56,220 nucleotides of DNA from a virus (lineage: Duplodnaviria > Caudoviricetes): positions 1-56,220 of IMG/VR virus record IMGVR_UViG_3300048565_000110; one strand, written 5' to 3'. The first letter of the stretch is position 1. The number at the start of each line of letters is the position of its first letter. Positions 35,916 through 43,919 of the stretch are shown here, in pieces. The notes beneath the pieces were generated by a model that was not told the DNA's origin, ran no database searches, and worked only from the letters and a program-made list of their open reading frames with translations. The translations under genes were made by a program, and so were the position numbers.

Positions 35916-37793
35916 TCATGCCGCCACGCGCTTTCGACTGGCCTTTCCTTGGGCCTTCTTGCCAGCAGGCCGCTTCGCCGTGCGTTCGGGCGTCTTCGCC
36001 GGCGGACAGGCACTGCACAGGTCGGGCTCGACCCAGGTGCACGGCTCGCCGGTCTTCTCGATGCACTGCGAGCAGTCGTCATCGGTGCAGCCGCAGACGC
36101 GGCACACGCCCGCCTTGCCGGCCCTCGCCTTCTTGGGCGCCTTCGAGGCCTTCGCCTTCTTGGTCACCCCCACCTTCTTGGTGGGCTTCAACGCGGCCTT
36201 CTCCTTCGCTTCCGCCGTCACCCTCTTGGCGATCGCAGCGCGGTCGATGCCGAGCAGCTCGCAGAAGTCGTCCGTCGAAGTGCCATCCCGCTTGGCGCCA
36301 TGAGAGTCGTGCGATACGTCGCGGTGAGCGAGCAGCTCGAGGACCAGGCCGAAGCACGCCGCCGGCGAGGCCTCATCGATCCCCTTCATGAGCACTTCCT
36401 CGGGGCGCCATCCCTTCCCCGTCTTCTTGAGGCCTCGGCGCGCGGCGACGTCACGCGCGGAGTCGTGCCACGCGGATCGCACGGCCGCCCGGGCAAGGGC
36501 GTGCCACGTGGCATCCGCGGCCAGCTCGCCGGAGAAGAGATTCACCGTTCCCTTGTCCGCGATCGTGGCGAGGACCTCACGTGCGATCGCCGCCTGGACC
36601 TTCGCCGTCTCGCGTCGCTTCTTCTCGCCGGCAGAGGCCGTGGTGGATGAGCCGCGCCCGTTGGGGCGCCCGAACCACGTGTGCCCACGTTCCTTCATCG
36701 CCGCGGCGAGCCCGGCCTTAGCGGCGAGCTCCACGATCTTCCCTTCCGGCGATCGAACGAGAGTCACCTTCACCGCGTCCCCGAGCAGCTTCCGCCAGCT
36801 GCGCTTCTTGGGGTCTTCCCAGGGTTGGTGGTCGAGTTCGACGAACGGCGCGCCCCCGACGACTTGCTCCCCGTAGGGGAAGAGCTTCTTGACTTCAGCC
36901 TTCTTCTCGATGACCGTGCCGCCGGCGTTCTTCACCTCCACCTTCCGGATCTCCCAGACGGCGTCCACCTTCTTGCCCCAGCAGACCGGATCCGTGCATC
37001 GGTTGTCCTTGCCGTCCTCCCCGAAGAGGTCCGCGTTGTGGCCGGTCCGCTTCGGGCAGATGGTGCACGCGCCCGCGGCTGGGACGAGCTCGTCGTCGCT
37101 CGGCTTGAAGGGCGCCTCGGCGAGTCGGTGCAGCTCGTACTTCGCCCAGTGCCGGATGTCGTTGGCGGTGATGGGATCGTCAGCTTCCCCATGGTGACGC
37201 CCATCGTTGTTCTTGAAGGCCTCGTCCTGGGTCGCCGGATCCGCGATGCGAGCCAGAAGGACGGCTGCCCCGAGAGTGATCTTCCCGACCTGGAGCGCCT
37301 TGACGTTGGCCGGCGTCAGAGACAGCAGCTGCAGCCGCTGGTAGACGTAGGCCTTCGAGCGGCCGATCCGCGCGGCAATCCCCTCCACCGGGAGCTGGTG
37401 CTCCTCGAGGAGGACGCGGTAAGCCGCAGCCTCGTCGATCGGCGAGAGATCCTCGCGCTGGCAGTTCTCCACCAGCTGGGCCTCGTGGGCTTCCTTGTCG
37501 GTCATCTCCCGGATCACCCCTGGAATCATCTCGAGGCCGGCCGACTTCGCTGCCCGGAAGCGTCGATGGCCTGCGATGATCTCGAGGCGATCTCCCTTCG
37601 GCCGCACCAGGATCGGCTGCAAGACGCCCTTCTCCTTGATCGAGTCGGTGAGCTCGGTGAGATCCCCGAACGTCTTGCGCGGGTTGGTGGGCGACTCGTC
37701 GATCAACGCGATCGAGATCATGACCCCGACTTGGTCATCGACAGTCGAAGTGGACATGGACATTCCTCCCCCTTTCGTTGGATCGCTCATCAC
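35916..37793 (-). CDS. ParB/RepB/Spo0J-family protein with long C-terminal extension
   Basis: NPRKTF..LTELTDSIKEKGVLQPILVRP, IIAGHRRFRA, ENCQREDLSPIDEA and HTH; CTICPKRTG...CTDPVC; C-terminal CRVCGC Zn motif. Confidence 0.92.
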   Translation of the reverse strand: MMSDPTKGGGMSMSTSTVDDQVGVMISIALIDESPTNPRKTFGDLTELTDSIKEKGVLQPILVRPKGDRLEIIAGHRRFRAAKSAGLEMIPGVIREMTDKEAHEAQLVENCQREDLSPIDEAAAYRVLLEEHQLPVEGIAARIGRSKAYVYQRLQLLSLTPANVKALQVGKITLGAAVLLARIADPATQDEAFKNNDGRHHGEADDPITANDIRHWAKYELHRLAEAPFKPSDDELVPAAGACTICPKRTGHNADLFGEDGKDNRCTDPVCWGKKVDAVWEIRKVEVKNAGGTVIEKKAEVKKLFPYGEQVVGGAPFVELDHQPWEDPKKRSWRKLLGDAVKVTLVRSPEGKIVELAAKAGLAAAMKERGHTWFGRPNGRGSSTTASAGEKKRRETAKVQAAIAREVLATIADKGTVNLFSGELAADATWHALARAAVRSAWHDSARDVAARRGLKKTGKGWRPEEVLMKGIDEASPAACFGLVLELLAHRDVSHDSHGAKRDGTSTDDFCELLGIDRAAIAKRVTAEAKEKAALKPTKKVGVTKKAKASKAPKKARAGKAGVCRVCGCTDDDCSQCIEKTGEPCTWVEPDLCSACPPAKTPERTAKRPAGKKAQGKASRKRVAA

Positions 37794-38242
37794 ACCATGA
37801 GCCCGGTCGGCTGGAAGATCTTCGCCGCGCGACCGCGCCCCTTGGCGCTCCTGGTGCCGACCACCTTCAACTCTCCGTCCTTCACCATCGCGTCGAGGTG
37901 CAGGCGAAGGCCTGACGCGGTCACCTTGACTCCCTTCCCGGCGAGCAACTCCACCATCTCCTCGGCCGTGTGAGGGGCCTTCGACTTGGTCAGGAGTTCA
38001 CGCAGTGCCGGGTCGACCGTTCCGCGTGGGGCCCTCTTCCCGGCCTTGGCCACTGTGGGCTTCGGCACCTTTGCGGCCCGCTCCGCCCGCGGCTTCCGCT
38101 CGCCCCCCCCCCTGCTGGCGCTCGGGGGCCCAACATCCACGGGCAGCAGCAGCCTCACCCGCCCCAACTCTTCGCGGACGACCGCGCGGACGATCTCCAA
38201 CACGTAGTCCCTCAGTGGGTCACCCATCGCCATCCCCTCCAT
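37790..38242 (-). CDS. Putative winged-helix DNA-binding protein
   Basis: TAEEMVELL...TASGLRLHLDAMVKDGELKVVG...GRAAKIF. Confidence 0.6.
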   Translation of the reverse strand: MEGMAMGDPLRDYVLEIVRAVVREELGRVRLLLPVDVGPPSASRGGGERKPRAERAAKVPKPTVAKAGKRAPRGTVDPALRELLTKSKAPHTAEEMVELLAGKGVKVTASGLRLHLDAMVKDGELKVVGTRSAKGRGRAAKIFQPTGLMV

Positions 38243-38261
38243 TCAGTGACGCGGCTCTCGC

Positions 38262-38828
38262 CTACGCCTGCGCCGACGCACCGACGGACTCGCCAGACGT
38301 GGGGAACTTGATCGGCATCTGCTTGATCGCGGCCTGGACCTTGGTCAGCTCCTCGTTCCATGCACCATGACGGTTCAGCGCCTCGGGGAAGACCTCCACC
38401 GGGGAGACCGTCTCCAGAGCGTCGCCCTCGATCTTGCGGTGCAGCCGGCAGAGTTCGGTGTCCACCATGGCCAGCCGCTCGGCCGCCTTCATGTTCGTCC
38501 ACGCCGCCCACGCGACCTTGAGCACCGCGCGCTTGCCGGAGATGTGCCGCATGAGCGGGGGAACCTTGACGATGCGGGCCGCGATGGATCGCCCTCCCCG
38601 GCTCATCGTCTCCTTCACGAAGACGCAGGAGATCTCGACGTTGACGAGGTCGGAGTGGTAGTCGAGCGCGTCGCGCAGGACCTTCGCCACCTCGGGCGCG
38701 TCGATGAAGGGCTCTTCCTGCCCGCCGCCGTCGGTGGGCCACAGCTCGGGGGTCACGTCCTTGGGCTTCTCGGTCGTGTGTGCGGGACGGCTCCTACGAG
38801 CGCGCGCCGCCGGGTCCAGTCTGGTCAT
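38262..38828 (-). CDS. Phage metallopeptidase-like protein, degenerate active site
   Basis: W..M...ERLAMVDTELCRL...VEVFPEALNRHGAW matches the family pattern, but HExxH is altered. Confidence 0.65.
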   Translation of the reverse strand: MTRLDPAARARRSRPAHTTEKPKDVTPELWPTDGGGQEEPFIDAPEVAKVLRDALDYHSDLVNVEISCVFVKETMSRGGRSIAARIVKVPPLMRHISGKRAVLKVAWAAWTNMKAAERLAMVDTELCRLHRKIEGDALETVSPVEVFPEALNRHGAWNEELTKVQAAIKQMPIKFPTSGESVGASAQA

Positions 38829-38833
38829 CGGTT

Positions 38834-39061
38834 CTATCTCCCTTCTTGCAGTTGACGTTCCAGACGGCGCGCTTCGCCGTCCGCATAGTTGATCAGCGCC
38901 GGGTCCGCAGGCGGCAGGTGCAGGGCGGCCTCTCGTTCCGCCTCGACCAACCCCTCCTCGAACTCGCACCGACCCTTGTCCCACGTTCTCCGGTCATAGA
39001 TCACCATCACCCACGCCAGCGCCGTGCCGAGGACGATGAGCGCGAGGCCGAGCCAGATCAC
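38834..39061 (-). CDS. Small membrane protein
   Basis: GTG overlaps the upstream TGA; IWLGLALIVLGTALAWVMVI TM helix. Confidence 0.6.
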   Translation of the reverse strand: MIWLGLALIVLGTALAWVMVIYDRRTWDKGRCEFEEGLVEAEREAALHLPPADPALINYADGEARRLERQLQEGR

Positions 39062-39606
39062 GCGCTCTGCCCCCTGCGGTAGATCTTCGCCGCCTCGGCC
39101 AACATGAAGGCTTCGCAGACGGCTTCCAGCTTCCACTTGGGCAGCTTCCCGATCCCGTTCCCGATGCGCGGCTCCGCCCACTCCACGATGGGGAGCTTTC
39201 CGTTGCCCTTGATGCAGAGGAGCTTGCGGGCGGTCTTCCCTTTGATCGGGATCACCTCGAGACCGCGGCCGCGCAGCACCCCGCAGAGAGCCCCGAACAG
39301 GAGGCACTGGAGCCCCCAGCCGTAGGGGTTCTTGTCGCCCGTGAACATCGGCGTGTCGATCGCGATCGGCACTTGGACGTGCAGGTGCGACAGCACGGTC
39401 TGCGCAATGAGGGTGCCGCGCTGCAGCGCCGAGTACAGGGCGTCGGCGTGCGGCTCCGCGCCGCTCATGTCCCAGGTGCCGAAGGCCGGCTGGTCGAGGC
39501 CAGTCAGGAACCAGGCGCCCTTGACCCCCGTGTCGAGGCCGAGGATCTTGGGCTCGGGCGCGCCGGCTGGAGTGACGAACTCCAGGGGCATGACGCTGGC
39601 GCTCAC
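39058..39606 (-). CDS. RuvC-like Holliday junction resolvase
   Basis: ILGLDTG, IAIDTP, RKLL..KGNGK and C-terminal AVCEA. Confidence 0.65.
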   Translation of the reverse strand: MSASVMPLEFVTPAGAPEPKILGLDTGVKGAWFLTGLDQPAFGTWDMSGAEPHADALYSALQRGTLIAQTVLSHLHVQVPIAIDTPMFTGDKNPYGWGLQCLLFGALCGVLRGRGLEVIPIKGKTARKLLCIKGNGKLPIVEWAEPRIGNGIGKLPKWKLEAVCEAFMLAEAAKIYRRGQSA

Positions 39607-40139
39607 GGCTGCATCACCTCGGTCTCCTCGCCGGCCATGTCTCCGCCATCCGAATGCTCCACAGCGGCCTCGTTCACGACGTCGAACGGCGGCGCCTCAT
39701 GAATCTCGCGCATGGCTTTCTCCGCGCGCTCCTTCGCCGCGGCAGCGCGCTTGTCCGTCTCCTCCTGGGCTTCCCTGCGCGCGCGTTCGCGGACCTCGCG
39801 CGAGTCGGTGACGATCCGGTCGAGGTCGACCTGGGCCGACTTCACCGCGTCCGCACGCTCCTTGCCCGACTTCTTCACGAGCGCGTGCCCACCAGACAGG
39901 ACGACCGCGATCAGGCTCTCGACGCGCGATCGCACGCCGTTCAGGTGACCCATCTTCCCGTGGTACTCGTTAGCCGCGCGCTGGACATCGGTGGCGTAGC
40001 GCGCCGCAGCCATGGCCACGACACGTTGGAACTCTCCACCGGCAACTTCCGAGTCGGCCGTGATGGCCTCGATCAGCTCGCTCTGCACTAGAATCGCCCG
40101 TTCCTTGTCGCGATTGCTCGCGTGCTCCCACAAGCTCAC
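39603..40139 (-). CDS. Hypothetical coiled-coil protein
   Basis: GTG start overlaps the upstream stop. Confidence 0.6.
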   Translation of the reverse strand: MSLWEHASNRDKERAILVQSELIEAITADSEVAGGEFQRVVAMAAARYATDVQRAANEYHGKMGHLNGVRSRVESLIAVVLSGGHALVKKSGKERADAVKSAQVDLDRIVTDSREVRERARREAQEETDKRAAAAKERAEKAMREIHEAPPFDVVNEAAVEHSDGGDMAGEETEVMQP

Positions 40140-40954
40140 TTCTGCTCCTTCCGGTTGTTGGTTGCTGCACCCCTCAGCCTCCGCGACGGCCCCGAGAGCC
40201 GCAGCGCGATCGTCGTCCGCTCGTCGAATAGTCGATCCACGATGGGCGCGCCGATGCGCTCGACCAGCGCCGCCCTGTCGTGATTGCTGGTCAGGATCCA
40301 CGGCTGCAGGTTCGACCAGCGGTAGTCCACCAGCGCGTAGAACCTCTCCAGGTCACGCTCCGTCATCTGCACCAGGCCGATCTCGTCCAGGACCAGGAGG
40401 CCGCACCGCTCGGCCGACTCCATCACCGCCTCGGCCTCCTCAAACTCGTTCCGTGACCAGTGCCGGCGGAGCTTGGCCATGGTCTGCGGGTGGTTCCAGT
40501 AGAGCGCGGAGACGTCGTGCTCACGGATGATCGCGCGCGCTGTGGCCACTGCGAGATGGGTCTTGCCGACGCCGACCCCGCCGGTTTCGCCGCCGATCAG
40601 AGCGAGGCTCATCGAGAGCGCGTGCTTCACGTAGGCACGACAAGCCCGGAATGCCTCGTCGTTCTCCTTCACGGTGCTGGTGACCTCTAAGCTCGCGTCG
40701 CGGTAGATGGCCGGGAACCCTGCGCCGTCGATTCGAGAGGCGAGCCGCACGCGGCGGTTGCGCTCCGTGATCTCGGCCTCCTCACGCATCAGGCGCGCTC
40801 GCTCGCACGCGCACTGCCGCGGGATCGTCTTCATCCCGAGCTGGCGTAGGAAGGCCAGCCCGCTCTCGGTCGCTCCCTCGGCCAGCGCCGCCTCGTGGGT
40901 CTTGGGCTCGTGACAGACGGGGCAGATCACGGATGGGTCCACGGTGGTGCTCAC
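40136..40954 (-). CDS. DnaC/IstB-like AAA+ helicase loader
   Basis: CPVC/CAC Zn motif, GVGVGKTH Walker A, LLVLDEIG Walker B, ILTSN and IVDRL. Confidence 0.9.
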   Translation of the reverse strand: MSTTVDPSVICPVCHEPKTHEAALAEGATESGLAFLRQLGMKTIPRQCACERARLMREEAEITERNRRVRLASRIDGAGFPAIYRDASLEVTSTVKENDEAFRACRAYVKHALSMSLALIGGETGGVGVGKTHLAVATARAIIREHDVSALYWNHPQTMAKLRRHWSRNEFEEAEAVMESAERCGLLVLDEIGLVQMTERDLERFYALVDYRWSNLQPWILTSNHDRAALVERIGAPIVDRLFDERTTIALRLSGPSRRLRGAATNNRKEQK

Positions 40955-41202
40955 TTCGCCCTCTTGAGTCTGGTGATGACACCGCGCAGTGCGTTCACCC
41001 TGCGGACCAACCGACGCGCTGCCTCGGTCTCCTCCTTGGCCCGACGCTCCCAGTAGTCGCGGCTGCTGCGCATGGAGTCGTAGCTGGCAGCCATCTTCTC
41101 TGTGGCGTCGGCGATCCGCTGGAGCGAGCCCGCGTTGATGTCCGCGAGGGTGGTTCCGCTGTTCCAGGTCTTGCGACTGGTGGCGCGTGTGTCTTCGCTC
41201 AT
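40951..41202 (-). CDS. Hypothetical protein
   Basis: GSLQRIADATEKMA coiled coil; overlaps neighbours. Confidence 0.65.
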   Translation of the reverse strand: MSEDTRATSRKTWNSGTTLADINAGSLQRIADATEKMAASYDSMRSSRDYWERRAKEETEAARRLVRRVNALRGVITRLKRAK

Positions 41203-42125
41203 GTCTCTGCCTCCATCCCATCCGGCCACCGGACCTCGCACGTCGCGGCGATAGGTGCACTGCGTGCCGTCGGCGCTCGCGACGCCTCACGCGCACACCA
41301 CTCGTCCCAGCCCCACTTGAGAAACCCCTGCGGCGTCGCCTGGGCGCGTTTCTTCCTCGAGGTCAGGAACCACCGCCACCCTTCGAGCAGCTCATCGACG
41401 GTGCGCCCCTCGCGCAGCCGATCTCGGAACCCCGGTTCGCAGGCCCACGAGAACCGCCAGACCTCGCGGTAGAGTTCCTCGTAGGCGGAGCGCATGCCGC
41501 GCTGAAGCTCTCGGAGCTTCTCGGCCAGGGTTAGGTCGGATGCGTCGGTCGGTGGCGGGTCGGGGTTTTGCTTCGGAGGATCCCGGTCCGGCTCGCGCGC
41601 ACGCGTGTCTTCGTGTGGGGTCGGGACGGGTCCAGGACGGGACGGGACGGGACGGGACGGTTGAACAGGTGTTCTAACAGGTGTTACAACACCTGCGTCA
41701 GCATCTGTCCTAACGGGTGTTTCAACAGTCGTTGTGGCTGGTGTTTCAGCATCCGTTACAACAGGTGCTTCCGACTTACCCCAACGCACTTCCGCAGAGC
41801 GCTTTCCGGCAGCGGACTTTCGAGCTACCGTCTGCTCGTACTCTTCGCGCGATGGATTGAAGTCCAGGAAGTCGTGGATGACGAAGTAGCCGTCCTTCTC
41901 CTCCCAGAGACCAGGGCGTCCCTTCTCATCGTCGCGACCGACGCGCTGAAGCTCATCGAGCACCGAGGGGTCGGCCATGCGCCTGGCGACGGTCGCCGGC
42001 ACCTTGCCATCGGTCAGGTAGCGGGCGCAGTAGCACATCCCCTTGAGGTGAGCGCGTAGCCCATCGCTAGAGAGCGCCTCGATCTTGGGGTGGTCAGCGA
42101 ACCCGTCGTCAATCCTGAGCCACAC
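41199..42125 (-). CDS. Phage replication initiator protein
   Basis: WLRIDDGFADHPKI...YCARYLTDG...IHDFLDFNPS N-terminal domain, repeat linker and PSRPVPSRP; upstream of the DnaC-like gene. Confidence 0.82.
   Translation of the reverse strand: MWLRIDDGFADHPKIEALSSDGLRAHLKGMCYCARYLTDGKVPATVARRMADPSVLDELQRVGRDDEKGRPGLWEEKDGYFVIHDFLDFNPSREEYEQTVARKSAAGKRSAEVRWGKSEAPVVTDAETPATTTVETPVRTDADAGVVTPVRTPVQPSRPVPSRPGPVPTPHEDTRAREPDRDPPKQNPDPPPTDASDLTLAEKLRELQRGMRSAYEELYREVWRFSWACEPGFRDRLREGRTVDELLEGWRWFLTSRKKRAQATPQGFLKWGWDEWCAREASRAPTARSAPIAATCEVRWPDGMEAET
41633..41770. repeat. Iteron-like repeats (AACAGGTGTT family) plus (GGGAC)n, probable replication origin
   Basis: AACAGGTGTT at 41664 and 41676, AACGGGTGTT at 41712, AACAGGTGCT at 41760, and an inverted AACACCTG; locally lower GC. 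Confidence 0.7.
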
Positions 42126-42126
42126 G

Positions 42127-42645
42127 CTACCGGCCCCCTTCGGTTGCAACAGGACCTTGGAGCTGCAGGAACCCTTCGACCCGCGCGACGCCGTCCGGGC
42201 TCTCCAGCATGGGGATCAGGCGATCGCCAAGTCGCACGACCGTGCCGTCCGCCAGCTCGCGCCCGAAGGACGCCAGGAAGGCTTCCTCGAAGCTCACCAG
42301 ACCGAACTCCACCGCTTCCAGCGTCGCCTTGAGCCAGGTCTCGGCCGCGCGCCAGATGCCCTTCGCCGCCTGATCGCGGATGTCCCGCTCGTATTGCTCG
42401 AAGCTGCGCCGCGTTCGGGAGGAGTAAGGCTGGTCCTTGCGCAGGGCCATCTCGTAGGTCGAGGTCGACAGCGGGATCACGATCGGGATGCCGTGGTGCT
42501 CGAACGAGATGCGGATGTCGCCAGACTTGAAGTCCTCGGAGACGCGCATCCGGTCTGCCCCGTACTTGGAAAGAAGCCCACGGATGCGGGCTTGCGAACG
42601 GTCTGCTGAGACCTGGGTGTCGCTGTAGGCAGTGCGACTCATCAC
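42127..42645 (-). CDS. Phage hypothetical protein
   Basis: TQVSADRSQARIRGLLSKYGA...WLKATLEAVEFGLVSFEEAFL; RBS present. Confidence 0.75.
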   Translation of the reverse strand: MMSRTAYSDTQVSADRSQARIRGLLSKYGADRMRVSEDFKSGDIRISFEHHGIPIVIPLSTSTYEMALRKDQPYSSRTRRSFEQYERDIRDQAAKGIWRAAETWLKATLEAVEFGLVSFEEAFLASFGRELADGTVVRLGDRLIPMLESPDGVARVEGFLQLQGPVATEGGR

Positions 42646-42655
42646 CGTCCCTTCC

Positions 42656-42731
42656 TGGTTGCGGGAGCCGGAGTCGAACCGGCTTGACCCGGGTTATGAG
42701 CCCGAGCGAGATACCGACCTCCCTCGCCGCG
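42656..42731 (-). tRNA. tRNA-Met(CAU), initiator type
   Basis: 76 nt with encoded CCA; C1:A72 mismatch; GGG/CCC anticodon stem around CTCATAA; GCCGG-TTCGACT-CCGGC T-arm; atypical D-arm. Confidence 0.85.
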
Positions 42732-42736
42732 ATGCA

Positions 42737-42958
42737 TCAGCCCTCGACCTTGGTGAAGTCCACGTAGTACTCGCCGCCGACTACGAACTGCTCAGCGGCG
42801 TCGTGGTTGATCGTGATCAGCGAGATCTCCCCGCCGGGCGTCCACTTGTAGAACGCCTCGTTCTCCTGCGACCCCGAAGTGACCGGGTGCATGAGCACCT
42901 CGTCACCGCCGTGATCGTTGATCGACTTCTTCGTAACCCGGAACTTGGCTCGAACCAT
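42737..42958 (-). CDS. Small phage hypothetical protein
   Basis: MVRAKFRV...ENEAFYKWTPGGEI...EYYVDFT; AGGAGG RBS. Confidence 0.8.
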   Translation of the reverse strand: MVRAKFRVTKKSINDHGGDEVLMHPVTSGSQENEAFYKWTPGGEISLITINHDAAEQFVVGGEYYVDFTKVEG

Positions 42959-42970
42959 CAGTAACCTCCT

Positions 42971-43393
42971 GTCGTCTGGGTGACACACGCCTCACGCTCC
43001 TCTGCTCAACAGACGACCCGGTGCGGGGCCGGTCCTACGGTCACGGCACTTTTGCAGCGAGCTGCTTTCCGGGACCGACTTCTTCTTCACTCGCCAGCCT
43101 GCATCTGGGCAGAGCAGCTCCGTCTCACATCCACGGCCTTCGCCGCCCGCACCGGATCGAATACGCGGCCACCATCCCTGCCGACTCGCGGGCAGCAGGG
43201 ACAGGGCGGAGATAGCGCTCATGTACGCCCCGCGAGTCCCTTGGTGGCCACACGAAGCACCGCCGCAGCCCGTCTCACCGACTTCCCCCATCGTGCTGCG
43301 ATCGGGCGGCAGCGGTACAAGAACACGGGGCCTGGCCGCAGTAACCCGCCTCATCTTTAGGTCTGCGGCCAGGAGGCAGACGCCCGTCCCCGT
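42971..43393 (-). ncRNA. Candidate large structured non-coding RNA
   Basis: Five contiguous domains closed by 8-11 bp helices, two crossing pairings, and G-U pairs that work only on the minus strand; no convincing ORF. Confidence 0.55.
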
Positions 43394-43398
43394 TGAAA

Positions 43399-43770
43399 TC
43401 ACGCGCTCCTCCTCATCGTGTCTTCCCGTTCCAAGAGCTCGAGCTGCACTGGTCCCGTCTTCATCGCGCGCAACTTCTCCCGGATCATTCGCCGGGTATG
43501 CAGGATCGACAGCGCGCGTTTCTCCAGGTTCACCAACACCGGGATCATTTCTGCCGGATGGACCGCGTAGAAGTACCCGTCGCCGCCGGACCCGATCAGC
43601 TCGCCGCGGTTGCGAGCGTCCTCGACAGCGGCCCGGATCATCCGCTCGGAGGTGTTGAAGAGCCGCGCCAGCGCCTTGCCCTTGACGCACTTCTTCCCCC
43701 CGGCGGCACGGTGCTCTCGCAGGTGCTCGACCAGCAGGTCGGATAGTTCTGTGGCGTCCATTCGGCTCAC
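43399..43770 (-). CDS. Winged-HTH protein
   Basis: KGKALARLFNTSERMIRAAVEDAR..GELIGS...GYFYA. Confidence 0.75.
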   Translation of the reverse strand: MSRMDATELSDLLVEHLREHRAAGGKKCVKGKALARLFNTSERMIRAAVEDARNRGELIGSGGDGYFYAVHPAEMIPVLVNLEKRALSILHTRRMIREKLRAMKTGPVQLELLEREDTMRRSA

Positions 43771-43919
43771 GGTCCTCTTGCCCTCTTGAGCGACCGCTCT
43801 GTGGTGCAGATCTCGTGGTGCGTGCAGTCAGCCCGTCGTCGTCAACCCGAAACTGTTGCCGGCGGAGGAAGGCGGCTTCCGCCGGCGGTTACCCTCCGCC
43901 CAGGGGGCCCGTCACCGGG

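Noticed and set aside
41633-41770. Repeats considered as a mini CRISPR array
   Set aside because: Units are ~10 bp without unique spacers, lie inside the initiator gene, and there is no cas operon; the Cas4-like nuclease fits phage recombination
42992-43400. ORFs crossing the structured intergenic region (232 aa minus strand and several plus strand)
   Set aside because: Arg/Gly/Pro-rich, no RBS, overlapping real genes out of frame; RNA structure explains the region better
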